A stretch of DNA of 64,000 nt from the NCBI RefSeq assembly GCF_963921235.1, contig NC_086097.1, forward strand, positions 78,618,001 through 78,682,000, in the 5' to 3' direction. Below the pieces are notes generated by a model, which did not search any database, was not told the origin of the DNA, and was given only the letters and a program-made list of their open reading frames with translations. The DNA is from Mobula hypostoma (taxonomy: Eukaryota). The stretch's first letter is position 1, and the number at the start of each line of letters is the position of its first letter. Both the position numbers and the translations under genes were made by a program. Shown piece after piece: positions 26,311 to 39,651 of this stretch.

Positions 26311-29163
26311 TAAATAGTATGTGAATAGCATATGACATTATGCCACCACTAGGAGAAAAACAAAGTACACAAGTATCTGGCTCCTGTGTTTTTTCTTTTG
26401 ATTATGCTCTGGAGTTACTAAAACATAACAACAGCAATGAAGAAGTTTCAAATGAACCCAACTACCAACTTGTTGAAGCATAGCATGTTGTTCTTTGGAA
26501 GTGAAGAGAGACGGTCAAGATTTTAAAAAGTCAGAGAATGGACAAAATTAACAAGCAATGAGTATGGCCATGGGTTCATAAGCAATGAGTAACAATAATA
26601 ATAAATTTTAAAAAGCAGGAACACCCGGCTACGTCAGAAAGACAGATGCATTCGATTGCACAACAGCTAGCTAGATAACATATACTGAAAGACTTTTGCG
26701 GTATCTTGAAACAAATGAAATAGCTGATGATAATCGAGTGCCAGTATTGCTGAGTACAATGAGTAGAAAAGCATGCAGTTTGTTATAAGTTTAACTGCTC
26801 CAACCAAAACAGCCAAAATAAGCTTTTCTGATATTGTGAACAAAATGAAAGAACATTTAGAACTGAAACCATTGTTCATTGCAGAGCGCTTTATGTTTCA
26901 TAAGCGGAATCAAAAGGAAGGGCGTCCATTTCAGCTTAAGTGGCTGAATTGACCAAGCATTGTCATTTTAATGATAGGTTTAATAATGCACTGAGAGATT
27001 GTTTAGTTGGTGGTATCTTACAAGAAAGTATTCAAAAATGGCTCCTAATTGAAGCACAACCCACATTTAAAAGAACAATTGAAATCAGAGTATCAATAGA
27101 AATCACAGACAGACATATAATTGAGTAGAAGTCAATTGAAGTGGAAGTGAGTGTGAGTAAAATTGCAACATCTAAACAGAAACCTGTCCTGTTGAACAAA
27201 TTGTGTTACTATTGTGGCAAGGGATCACATACACTAGACCAAAGCAGGTTTAAAGGCAAAAATTGCAGAAAATGCAATAAAGTAGGATACATACAAAGAG
27301 CATGTCAGACAGACAAAAATAATTAGACTGCACAGGGAAGGGAAAAAGATAAAAAGCCATATTTGCAGTTTCAAAAAGAGCACTAATCTGCATGCTATTG
27401 ATGAAAAATCTGATAATGCTCAAAGTGACACAGAACTAGGTAGCCTTGAGACTAACATAGTGAAAGCTAACAAGAGATAAGTAACATGGCTTATAACAGA
27501 AGTGAACAGCAAATTAAAATGAATTGGACGCTGGCTGGGCTGTTTCAGTAATTCCACAAAATGAGTTTGAACAGCATTTCAAAGATAATGAACTGAAGCC
27601 TGCAAATATCCAACCAAGAACTTATACTGTAGAAAAGATAACTCCAGCGGGAATGACATTCGTAACAATGAAATACATTGGGCTCGTATGTGGTAAAAAC
27701 AGAAGGGCCAGCATTGTGAGTCCGTGATTGGCTGAGACAACTACAACTTGATTGGAGATCCATCCACAATTTGCATGCCATATCCCCTGGAATAGAGTCA
27801 ATTGAAAACAAATTAAGAAACGTTCTGGATGATGCCACAGCAGTGTCCAAGGATGGCATTGCAAAACTCATACATATCAAGGGCAAAATAGTGTTAAATG
27901 ACAATGCCACTCCCAAGTTTAACAAAGCATGTCCAGTTCCTTAAACCATCCATGATAAAGTACTCAGTGAGCTAGATTGCATGGAGGCTGAAGGAATTCT
28001 TTCCAAGGTTGAGTGGAGTACATAGACAACACCAGAGGTCCCAGTAATTAAGAGGGATGGGTCTATCAGGATCTGTGGTGATTTTAAGGTCACCATAAAC
28101 CTAGTACTGAAAGTAAATTAATACCCTCATGGTAATGGAAGAAGAGTCCAAAGAGTTTCTCACCATTGACACTTACAAAGGGCTTTAGTGTTATAATTGG
28201 TGAACATTGGAGCAACATCTGCACCTGCACTCTGGCAGAAAGCTATGGACCAGGTGTTGCAATGCTACCAAAGCACTCAGTGTTATCTGGATGACATAAA
28301 TGTTACCCATGAGGATGACAAAGATCATCTCCAAAATCTCAAGACAGCATTAAAATGATTAGAAGATTATGTGCTCCGAGTATAACACAACAAGTGTGGA
28401 TTCTTTAAACCAAGCATCACTGATGCACATCATTGATGCACACGCATTACATAAACGTGCAAAGAAAGCTCAAAAAGTATTGAATGCCCCAAAGTGAAAG
28501 GATGTGTCACAGTTGGGATCCCTTTTTATAATTTGTCAATTACAATAATAGCTTCTTGCCAAACCTGGCTGCTCTGCTCCACCACTTGAACTCACTATAA
28601 ACGGGGAAGAAATGAGAATGTACAAAGCAGTATGAGCTGGCTTCCCAAAAGGGAAAGGAAATGGTGACATCAGATATCATATTCACACATTATGATCCAC
28701 ATCATCTAGTAAAGTTTGCCTGTGATGCTTCACCTTATGGTATCGATGCAGTCATATCTTTAGCTTTTACATCATGTTCCTTTACAGCTGCAGAGAAAAA
28801 TTATGCACAGAATGACAGACAGGCTTTGAGTCTGGTTTGGCTGTAAAATATTTCAACTAGTACTTGTAAGGGAGAGAGTTCACCCTCATTACTGATCATC
28901 AACCATTAATGTTCATTTTCAATCCATAGAAATGTGTTCCACGAAGGACACAATTACAAGGTTGAATTCAAGAGGACAATTAATCATGGAAATGCTGATG
29001 GATTGTCCCATTTAAAAGGAAATACTTGAAAAATTTACAAAAGAGGCAAATAGAGTCTCCCAATTGTGGCAGCTATGGTCCAAAGAAAAACCACAGAAGA
29101 CCCCATACTGTATCAGATCTACATGGCCACACAAAATGGCCAGAATGTGCAGCAGATACAGTT

Positions 29164-29744
29164 ATAGAAACGTAGAAAACCTCCAGCAGAATACAGGCCC
29201 TTCGGCCCACAAAGCTGTGCCGAACATGGCCCTACCTTAGAGCTACCTAGGCTTTACCCATAGCCCTCTATTTTTCTAAGCTCCATGTAGACATCCAGGA
29301 GTCTCTTAAAAGACCCTATCATTTCTGCCTCCACCACCACTACCGATTCCATGCACTCACCACTCTCTGCGTAAAAAACTTACCCCTGACATCTCATCTG
29401 TACCTACTTCCAAGCACCTTAAAGTTATGCCCTCTCATGCTCGCCATTTCAGCCCTGGGGAAAAGGCTCTGACTATCCACACGATCAATGCCTCTCAATA
29501 TCTTGTACACCTCTATCAGGTCACCTCTTATCCTCAGTCGCTCCAAGGAGAAAAGGCAGAGTCCACTCAACCTATTCTCATAAGGCATGCTCCCCAATCC
29601 AGGCAACATCCTTGTAAATCTCCTCTATGTCCTTCCTGTAGTGAGGCAACCAGAACTGAGCACAGTACTCCAAGTGGGGTCTGACCAGGGTCCTATACAG
29701 CTGCAGCATTACTTCTCAGCTCGTAAACTCAATCCCACGATTGA
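29164..29744 (-). mobile_element. CR1 3' fragment nested in Gypsy B
   Basis: GLFSLE-like motif then RGDLIEVYKILRGIDRV; atagaaacgtagaaa tail. Confidence 0.9.
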
Positions 29745-32156
29745 GTTCCCCCATTTTGACTAGTACTGGGATGAATTGCCTTCAACAGGGTTGCCTTATG
29801 TGGGGATTGAGAGTTGTTATACCATCCAACCTGAGAACTAGTGTTGGAGGAGCTGCATACTGGTTGTCTAGGCGTGGTTAAAATGAAGGCGCTGGTTGAA
29901 AGCTTTGTCTGGTGGTTTGCAATAGATCAGCAGTTCAAGCAGCTTGACATACACTGTCGGGATGCCAATGCTACCAGAAGATGCCAAGAGCAGAGCCTTT
30001 CCATCCCATTGAATGACCTGCATTGCCCTGGCAGAGGATTCATGTGGATTTTGCCATCATAGGCACAAATTTCTTAGTAGTAGTGGATACAGCTACGAAG
30101 TAGGCAGGAGTGTTTCCAATAGCCTCCATTACAGTTGCACACTGCTGATGTGTTGAGAAGCCTCTTCTCAAGGACTAGTGTTCCAGACACTTAGTCAGTG
30201 ACCATGGACCACAGTTTGGTACAGAACAGTTTCTGTCATTCAGGAGAATAAACAGGATAAGACACATTATATTTGCACTGTACAACCCAGTTACAAATGG
30301 CTTGACAGAAACGTTTGTCCAGGGTCTAAAGAACACAGTGCGTGTAATGTCGACAGAATACATGACACTGAATCAGAAGCATGCCAATTTCCTCTTTGCA
30401 TATTGCAATGTAACAGTCCATAACAAACATCTCACCGTCTATGCTGTTCCTTGGTTGTCCCTTGCGCTCACACTTGGATCTCCTCAAACCCAGTCTCAGA
30501 AGGAGTATGCAGGACAAACAGCGGATGCAAGTTGAGGGCTCCTCAAGCAAGGAGGTTTGATGTTTCACACCTGGACAAGCGATTCTGGTGAGGGACTACA
30601 GAGATGATTAAAAGTGGGTGGTTGGAAAGATTAAGGATAGAATGGGACCTCTCTCCTACACAGCAGAGATTGCACCTCAAGTCATCTGGAGATGATATCA
30701 CCAGTTGAGGAGAGCAGAGTCAACTGTTAGAGAAGGAACTTGTCAGAGCTGTCAGAACAGCTTTCTGCAGTCCCAGAGTCAACTCCTACAAACACCACTA
30801 AGGAAGCCCCAGAACCTGAGATTGTTTCACAGCTACAAATCTCATCTGCCAAGCAAAGAGACCCTCCACCCGTTGTCAGGAAAGACGTTATCCACAAGAA
30901 TAAGAAATCCTCCACAGAACTTCAATCTTTAGACCTGAATGGAACTATTTTAAATTTACTATGCTATGGATGTCTATTTAGGAGCTGTATTATATAGTAT
31001 ACATATTTGAGTTAAGAGTCAAGATGTATTCTATATTGTTGGAGTTTATAGCTAAGCAGGGAGGAGTGTAGTGTATTTAATATTTGATTAATATTGGAGA
31101 TATATTGTTTGATTCAGTATTCTTTGCTTGTTTATGCAATTCATATGGTTTTATGTAAGAAGTACATGAATGGCATATGTTATTATGCCACCATGTCATA
31201 GGTGAGTGTCTGACTAAATATAAAGGAGGAAAAAAACTCTGTAGACAAATATCCTGGCTCCTGTATTTTTCCTTTCAATTAGTTTCTGTAGTTACAAAAC
31301 TTGCCTTTACCCTCTCTATGCCCCTCACACTCTTCCACTCTGGGGAATGAAGTTCTCACCTATTTAACATTTCCCTTTAACTAAGGTTCTCAAGTCCTGG
31401 CAACGTCCTTGTAAATTTTCTCCACACAATAGATAGGTGACCTGAACTGCACACAATACTCCAAATCAGGCCTCACCAACATCTTATACAAGTTCAACCT
31501 TACATCCCAACTCCTGTACTCGTTACCTTGACTTATGAAGGCCAATGAGGCAAAAGTTTGCCTTATGACCTTATTTACCGATGACACCATTTTTAAGGAA
31601 CTATGGATCCATATACCCAGATCTCTCTGTTCTACCACACTCCACGGTGCCATACTGCTCACTGTGCAAGTCCTACCCTGGTTTGTCCTCCAAAAGTGCA
31701 ACACCCCACACTTGTTTTCGTTAAAATCCACCTGCCATTTTTCAGCTGATCCAAATCCCGCTGAAAGCTTTGATAACCTTCCTTGCTGTCCACTACATCA
31801 CCTGTCTTGGTGTCATCTGCAGAACTGCTGATTCAATTTACTACGTGATCATCCAGATCATTGATATACATTTATAGATCACAAACAACAACAGACACAG
31901 CACCAATCCCTATGGCACACTACTAGTCGCAGGCCTCCAGTTAGAGAGACAACTAACTACTACCACTCCTTAGATTCTCCCACAAAAAAAATGTCTAATC
32001 CAGTTTCCTACTTCATCCTGAATGCCAAGCAACTAAACCTTCTTGACGAATTTTTATTTCAGAATACGTGCAGTTAGGTTTTATAGCTTCAATTATTTTA
32101 ATAAATGTCATAGTATTTTGTATAATTAACCAGCCTACATATTTCTTCTGACTCAC

Positions 32157-32241
32157 CATTTCCACCTGGTGTCAGAGCTAGGAATCTCATTGTATTTTCT
32201 GTCACCTCAGGGTGCTCAAACATTCCTTCAGGTTTTGCATT
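32157..32241 (-). CDS. FSIP1: FSIP1 coding exon 5
   Basis: ttttctttgtttcag|AATGCA...AATG|gtgagt; encodes NAKPEGMFEHPEVTENTMRFLALTPGGN (recalled ENTKKFLSLT); 85 nt, phase 0 to 1. Confidence 0.95.
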
Positions 32242-34321
32242 CTGAAACAAAGAAAATTATTAATTCTTAACTGCAAACATTTTCCAATTTTCACATACAA
32301 ATTTACTATGATATTATAGTATGAATTCAAATATAAATGAAGTATTTATATTTAATTACTTTTACGGAGTAATTGTTTTTCATAACAATGTGATCATAGG
32401 GGGTTGATTAAAATAATATTACATCATTAAACACTTTTCAAAAGCAAATAAATTACAAAGACTACAGTTGTAATATCATTTTTCAACACAAACATCATTA
32501 GCATTTAGGTCATTAGAGCTTACAGAAACAAAAATTAGCATTTATGTAAGGTTTTCTTTAAGGAAGAAGGTTCATATTTCAAACAGTTATAATTGAACAA
32601 TAATAAACAGAACAAATAAAGTACTTATTCATTGGGGTTAAAATTTGCATTATTTTGATTAACATTTACAACTGATAACGAAATACCATAAGATCATTTA
32701 TACTTCAATACTTATTTAAAGATAGTAGCCACCATAATCAAGGATTAGCAAAGACATAATGTGGAAGAAGATGACAATACTCTCCAGTTTGTGAACTCAT
32801 ACTTAAGAATATAGGTCTTATGGTTACATACAAAAAGATATAAAACTCAGTGTAATTGTGAATACATGTAAGAATCTTTTTAGACCACATTTATGGGAGA
32901 ATGTGCCGATTTGGGCTCCAATATGAAGAGTGATGTACTGTACATGGCACAATACAGATTCAAAGGTGCTTTCTAATATCAGGAAATAAAAAGGCATAAC
33001 ATAAAAGAAATAACAAGACAACAACTGCTTGAGATCCTCAAGTTGCAAATGAAACATTAAGTCTATGTCTTGTAGAAAATGACATTAATCAAGCAACAGT
33101 ATACTAAGTATTACTTTCAGTAAAATTATGGAACTGTTAGTAGATTTTTTCCAACTGACACATAACACTGATCTGCAAAAATAAATACAATCTCGAGAAT
33201 TAATTTGGATAGCATACTGAACAGCAGGGTTGACATCGATACTATGGGAAAAAAAATGTTGAAATGTTGAAATGTGCAGTTGAGAATACATTCTCTCATG
33301 CAGCAGAGTGGAGAGAAAAAAGATAATCAGGATTGTAATACCACGACACCAACTTCTTAAAAGAGGTCTTTACCCCATAGCCATTAATGTAACAATAATA
33401 TCCTATTCATGTTCAAAGTGAATGAGTTACTTTATATAATTAATGCTATGTTCCCTGCTCTTACTATTGTGCACTTCTTTATTTGACAATAAATTTTATA
33501 CAAGGAATTGTTTCCTCAGAACTTACTTTTTCTGCAACTGACTTTTCAGTAATCACATTCCTGCTGCTTGTGTTCCTCCGAGTCTCTTTCTCACTCTTTT
33601 CCTACCAAATAATCAAGCTTAATAAAAGGGTACTATAAAAGGTTGATTTTTTACTATCTATACTGAACAAAATAAATTGCTTTATACTACAGCTTAATAT
33701 ACTAACAGATAATTTACTTTCTTGTTTTTGCAATTCTTTTTCATTTCTTCCATATTCTTGCCTTTCTATTGTTTTTTTACTGTAGAGTTTATTATCTTCA
33801 GCTGTCGGCTCAACTTCACTTTATTTTGCCGATTTTTTGTCATCAACACTTGTCATCAGTGAGCTATGGAGTAAATTGCTCAGTCACTGTGGAACCCATG
33901 TCATATTGATTCCATAATGGAATGGGAACCAGGCAGAAGAACTAAGGTGACAGATTACCAGTCAACCTAAGCAGTGAAGGTGAAAACTTACTCCCACATC
34001 TGTCAAAAAAGTTACTTTCATCATGTTATTTTCTCAGTCTTTAAATCAATTTGTTTCCTAATTGCTAGCATTGCATTTTATTTCATGCCATTCTTTAGAC
34101 ATTTTCCAAATTTTCCAATAACTTCTTTTGCATTTCCGTTTCCTCCTTGTTAAATAAAAGTTTTGCTAAGATTTAAACTCCTCTCTTCAAATCCATGTTG
34201 AAACATACATTTTTTAAAATCTCTAAAATCTTTCCTAACTAGTCATTTCACATTCACTTCCCATCACTCTTCCAAATGTGCTCGCCAAATAACTTCTTCT
34301 GTTAGGAACATTAATCTAAAT

Positions 34322-34460
34322 AAAGTCCTGATGAAGGGTCTCAGCCCAAAACATCAACAGTTTATTCACTTCCATAGATGCTGCCTGACCTGCTGAATTC
34401 CTCTGGCATTTTGTGTGTATTGCTTTGTACTTCCACCATCTGCAGACTTTATCGTGTGTA
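34322..34460 (+). mobile_element. Penelope terminal-repeat fragment with decayed hammerhead
   Basis: agtcctgatgaagggtctcagcccaaaacatcaacag...gatgctgcctgacctgctga.ttcc. Confidence 0.8.
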
Positions 34461-35762
34461 ATCTAAACATTTTCCCAGTTTCCATTTCAAAAACCCAACT
34501 GTTTTAACCCAGGAGGAATTATAATAGTGAGAATATGCATAGAAAAAAAACCCCACAAATTTAGTGAAATAGAAATTAGGAATTAGATTGGGTCACCATG
34601 AATGTTGCACAATAAAAAATAAACATCGAACTTAATTACAAAATAACTCACTCTAGAAAGTAAACAACCTCAGAGCTATCACAGAAAGTTACAGTTGCAA
34701 TACTGGAATCACAAATTTAAATTCAAGACAATTATAGACTAGTTTGCTAACAACTTCAAAAATGCCGATATTTGTTCCAAATTCAACTCTTAACACCTCA
34801 AATGCAACAATATGATAAGAATACAATCCTGTTCAATTTACATTCAATCCTGCCTCAGACATCCATGATCATGCCTTCATTACCAAATTTCACGACATAT
34901 GCCAGCAATATTAAATCTGATTCTGATTAATTATTCTGGAATAAAAATCCAATAGTTCCTTAATCAATACGATCATAAGGGTGTCATGACCTTAAGAATT
35001 CTAGAAATTCATTGAGAAAACATAACACCACTATTTCAAGAAACAAATGACAAGACATACAATAAATGCAGCAGTGCCAGCAAAGCCCATTTCCCAAAAA
35101 TAAAAATATGTACTCAATAAATGCATAATATGACAGCTAAATCCAAAAAATACATTGTTTCAACCCCAGAAGCAAAATTCCATTAATCAGTTATACTTAT
35201 GACAAAAAAATTAAATGATCTCAAAATAAAGGGAAGATTTAATCTCAAGTTTTAATTTTCATTATCAATTTGAGCCAGGTTCTATGTTGTCATTTAAAGT
35301 TAAATTGGATAGATATATGGACAGGTAAAGAATGGAGGGTTATGGACTGAGTGCAGGTCGGTGGGAATAGGATCAGGTAAGAGTTCGGCACAGACTAGAA
35401 GGGCAGAGATGGCCTGTTTCTGTGCTGTAATTGTTATATGGTTACATGATTTCACAAGTAAACTTACGAACCAAAAAGGTAAAAGAGATAAATTGAGAAA
35501 TTTCAGCAAGTACAATTTCCACATTTTATATATGCAAGTATGAACATTAGGTAACATTTTTGAACATCATCAGCAAACAGTTAAAAATGAGATTTCACAA
35601 TAAAGATACAAGATTTATCAAGACAGAAGGGACCCTGAAAATTGTCGTTCATTTGACAAAATAAATGATTTATTTTGTACTCAGCTCAAGAAAGGCAATA
35701 ATTTTCATTGCTTTTTACTGACATTAATCTGAAGAGAAACAGAATTAATACAAGGATTTCTA

Positions 35763-35951
<189 letters not shown>

Positions 35952-36419
35952 TTATTAAGGAATGATCTTTGTTACTATTTCTTCAGACAATAATAATTAC
36001 GCCTTAAAGGCAATAGAGCATCACTTCCAATCTATGCAATGTCAATTGTGAAAACCACTGCCCAAAGCTGCTAAAACTAGGACTCCTCAGGAATGCACCT
36101 CAGCTGAAGGCATCAAGGCACAGGATGAAGAAAAGATGACAATCACAGCTGGGGATTGAGCAAGGTTGTGAATGATAAGGCTTATATGAAAGAGCAAGGA
36201 CAACACACCTGCTCTTCATTGTCCAAGAAAGAAATGCTGTAAAAGGCCTTCAGCTCTTGGTTCCATTTCCAAAATATTGCAAAGCTCAGACAGTGTCATA
36301 AATTTTAAATTGCAAAATGTGAGCCTAATTTAAATATGTTAATAAATAGTTCACTTTTTTGTCAAATTGTGTTACTTCAGTGTTACACCTTTAGCATTAC
36401 TCATTTGACAATATCCCTG

Positions 36420-37160
36420 ATAGTTGATCCAGAAGATTAAGATGCATGGAATCCACAGTAACATAGATAGATTGGATTCAGAATAGGCTTGCCCATTAAA
36501 AACAGAATAGTGTTGGAGGGAGCTATTCAGGCTGAAGGCCTGTGATCTGTGACCAGCAGTGCTCCACAGGGATTAGTGCTGGGGAGTCTGCTGCTTGTGA
36601 TTTACATATCACTTTGATGAAAATGTAGGTGAATGGGTCAGTATGTTTGCAGACCACATAGATTTGGTGCAGTTGTGGACAGTGTAGAGGGATATCAACT
36701 GATACAAGAAGATTATAGATCAGTACAGATACAGGTAGAGAAATGGAAGATGGAATTTAAACCAAGCCAATGTGAGGTTCCACATTTAGGGAGGAAAAAG
36801 GTAAAGTATACAGTTAATGGCATGCTCTTGGGGAGCAGACACCTAGCTTCTTGAAAGTGGCTACACAAGTCAAAGAGGTTATAAAGAAGGTATACATCAT
36901 GTCTGCCTTCATTGGTTAGGGAATTGAGTATAAGAGTAAACAATTCATGTTACAGCAACATGGAACATTGGTTTCACTGCAGTTGGAGTATTGTGTGTAA
37001 TTCTGATCACTCTATTATAGGAATGATATGGAGAACAAAAGGGTACAGATGAAACTTGTCAAAATATTGCCTGAACTAGAGAGTGTTTGCTATAAGGAGA
37101 GGTTAGATAAATTTCAGTTGTTTTCTCTGTATCACTGAAAGATAAGAGGAGACTCGACAG
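36420..37160 (+). mobile_element. Old CR1 RT remnant
   Basis: Degenerate PQG.VLG, FAD, KW.MEF...CEV.HLG and LEYCV motifs. Confidence 0.8.
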
Positions 37161-38542
37161 GCATTACATTATGATTTTATTTTGTTCCAGTTGTGCTTTC
37201 TTGTAAACAAATGTGCATAATTTGTTAAGTTTTCCTTGTAAATGCTGCTTATATGGTGCTATGTGTGTATATGGCCTTGAATTTTTAAACTCCTATATGG
37301 TCCTTATGTCAGTTATGTACAAATATTAATAAATGATATTGTACCTGAATTGCTAAAAAAAAGTCTATACTCAACTTAAACATTGATTTCTCTTAAAATG
37401 TACTGAAGTAGCACAATTTCCAGAAACAAAGGTGGTAATTTTTGCAATTCCACTCGTATGCACCATGTCTAAATGTATCATAGACTTAAAAAACCTGAAA
37501 AAATTATTATTGATTCTCACATACAAATGTGTGTTATGGTTTCCAGTATGGAAGCTGCCCTGAAGTTGTATTAGAAATACTTCACATTAGATTCCAATAA
37601 TTTTACTTATTATTATAAGCTTACTCAGTTTGTCAGATAAAACATTTTGTGCAGCAATCTTAGGATATCTTCAAACAATCATTACAGAACCTATTCCTTG
37701 TGCTGTGAATCTGGAGACAAGTTGATGTGCATTTAATCAATATTTTGATTTATGCATGAGAGATCTTTGTATTACAGTGATATAAGAGACTCCCACTTCG
37801 GTCAGCGTTCCAAAACAAATTGAGTGGTTTACTTAGTTCTAGCAGCAATGGTTGACAATCCTTTCCCGGGTCCAAAGACCTGCTGTCAGAACTCCAGACT
37901 TTGTAAATACAAAAAGAAAAAAAGTTTCCAATCCTCTGAAACCCATTCTGAATTGGATGAGTAGAATGGATTATTGGAAGAGAATAAGGTAGTGTTTTGA
38001 CAATTCTTTGGGATGCTGCTACTGTTCATGATATAAAACCATCTTTATGATTCTCATTTGTGATCACTTAAATAGATTATGAAAGTGATTCTCAGAAATG
38101 ACAAGTATTACCATGCCAACAGGAGATCAATGGAAACTCTTTATGTTAAGTAATGGTCAGTTTAAATCAGTAATGGTCAATAATCAAAGTTCAGAAATTC
38201 AGTCCGGAGTTTATTTAAGCATTGATTAAATGCTTGCGCACTATTGTGAATTTCACCATTTCTTTTAGCTGTTACTCAAAACAAAAACAACTAAACTTTC
38301 AAGTTATCAAGAGTTTAGTGAAAAAAATACAAATTAAATTGGGATTGTTTAAAACAACACACAAATCATTCAGCATGCAAAGAGAGCAAGCATTCTTGAA
38401 TAGGTTTCTTCAGAATTGAATTGACTTTATTTCTTACATCCTTCACATACTTGAGGAGTAAAAATCTTTACATTACGTCTCCAAAACACAAGAAAATGTG
38501 TTAAATTCAAATCAGTTCCTCGTGTTAAAAATATATTCCTAC

Positions 38543-38632
38543 CAGATTCATTTTTTAATGGTATTGTCTGATCTTGGATAGTTAAATGATCATCAGAATT
38601 CTCCTCTGAATCTGTTGGAGTAGGAGGGATCC
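38543..38632 (-). CDS. FSIP1: FSIP1 coding exon 3
   Basis: tgtcttccag|GG...TCTG|gtagga; encodes GIPPTPTDSEENSDDHLTIQDQTIPLKNES (recalled human EEGSDEDLDLVQHQII); 90 nt, phase 1 to 1. Confidence 0.85.
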
Positions 38633-39651
38633 CTGGAAGACAGGCAAGATGGAAAAGCAAACATGAATTTTCCAATGAATATAACATGTTCATGGATCGA
38701 CTCTATGTTTTTCAATTTAGATATCTGAAGTTTCCGTGCTTAGGATTAACCTTGTCAGTACCATTCCCTCCTCATACTGTGTAAAGAATTTTAACTGTCT
38801 AGCTGTGGATTCACGGAGAGATCTGGAATAAACAGACATGTCTTTAGTTTATTTCAATCACTATTGTAATTACGTAATCCTCCTCTTCAGAAATTGACAT
38901 ACGTGTTACTGGTTAGACATTCTGTTGCACCTGAAGGTCAGATAGAATTGCAGAGACACAGTTGAAAAATGACTATCCGTATCAGATTTCAGAGGCCTCA
39001 AACACAAGTGACTTGATATCGCATTCTTCTGCATCCAAAAAATTGAACACAAGTCCTTTGTTCCACAGACTGCATTCAGGAGATTAACCACAGACTGGAA
39101 TTATAACCTTGCGAGTTGGGCCCTTAAATTTTGGGACTTAACAGCACTCTGGCAGCTTTGGAGGTTTTTTTTTGCAGGGGGGAGAAAGGAAGAGAGCAGA
39201 GGAACACCTATAATTTAAAGGGGGTGGGTGGGAGAGAGAGGGATGTCAGGCAACCACAGGGATTTTGAAACTAGTACTTGGTATGAGACAGTGTGGCCAG
39301 CCAGCAAGGAAGAAGGTAAATTACAGACCTACATTTTAATAGCTCAGGTTTGAGTGGTGGTAGGAGAGTGAGGTGGGGTAGGGGGAGTTGGACCTCAGCT
39401 GCATTTCAAGGAAGACTTAGGAGGTAGTGAGGGTGGGGGATAGATCATGGCTGTTTCAGAGTATGCTATATATCAAGGGTGGGGGATATCATGCTTGTAA
39501 TGTGAGGAGGCATAGTTGCATAACATGACCTGGAAATGCCCGATATCAGACAGCCACCAAAACAGGACAAGCAAAAGCACCCACATGCAGAAAGTTAGAA
39601 CTTCAGATACTTGCCATGCATGCTCATTCTTTTTTTGTGTACGTTGGTTTC

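Larger units (their letters stand above)
25708..31300 (+). mobile_element. Gypsy/Ty3 LTR retrotransposon copy B (decayed, nearly full length)
   Basis: TSD TTGC (25704-25707, 31301-31304); 5' LTR 25708-26430; Gag knuckle CRKCNKVGYIQRAC, protease, RT YLDD, RNase H DASPYGI and integrase fragments; PPT AAGCAGGGAGGAG at 31054-31066; 3' LTR 31067-31300. Confidence 0.93.
24845..32050 (-). mobile_element. Old CR1 split into pieces (about 24845-24984, 25503-25707, 31305-32050) by later insertions
   Basis: atagagtcatagaatcatag tail; the sequence resumes across the Rex1 and Gypsy insertions; LVRPDLEYCVQF in the right-hand piece. Confidence 0.8.
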
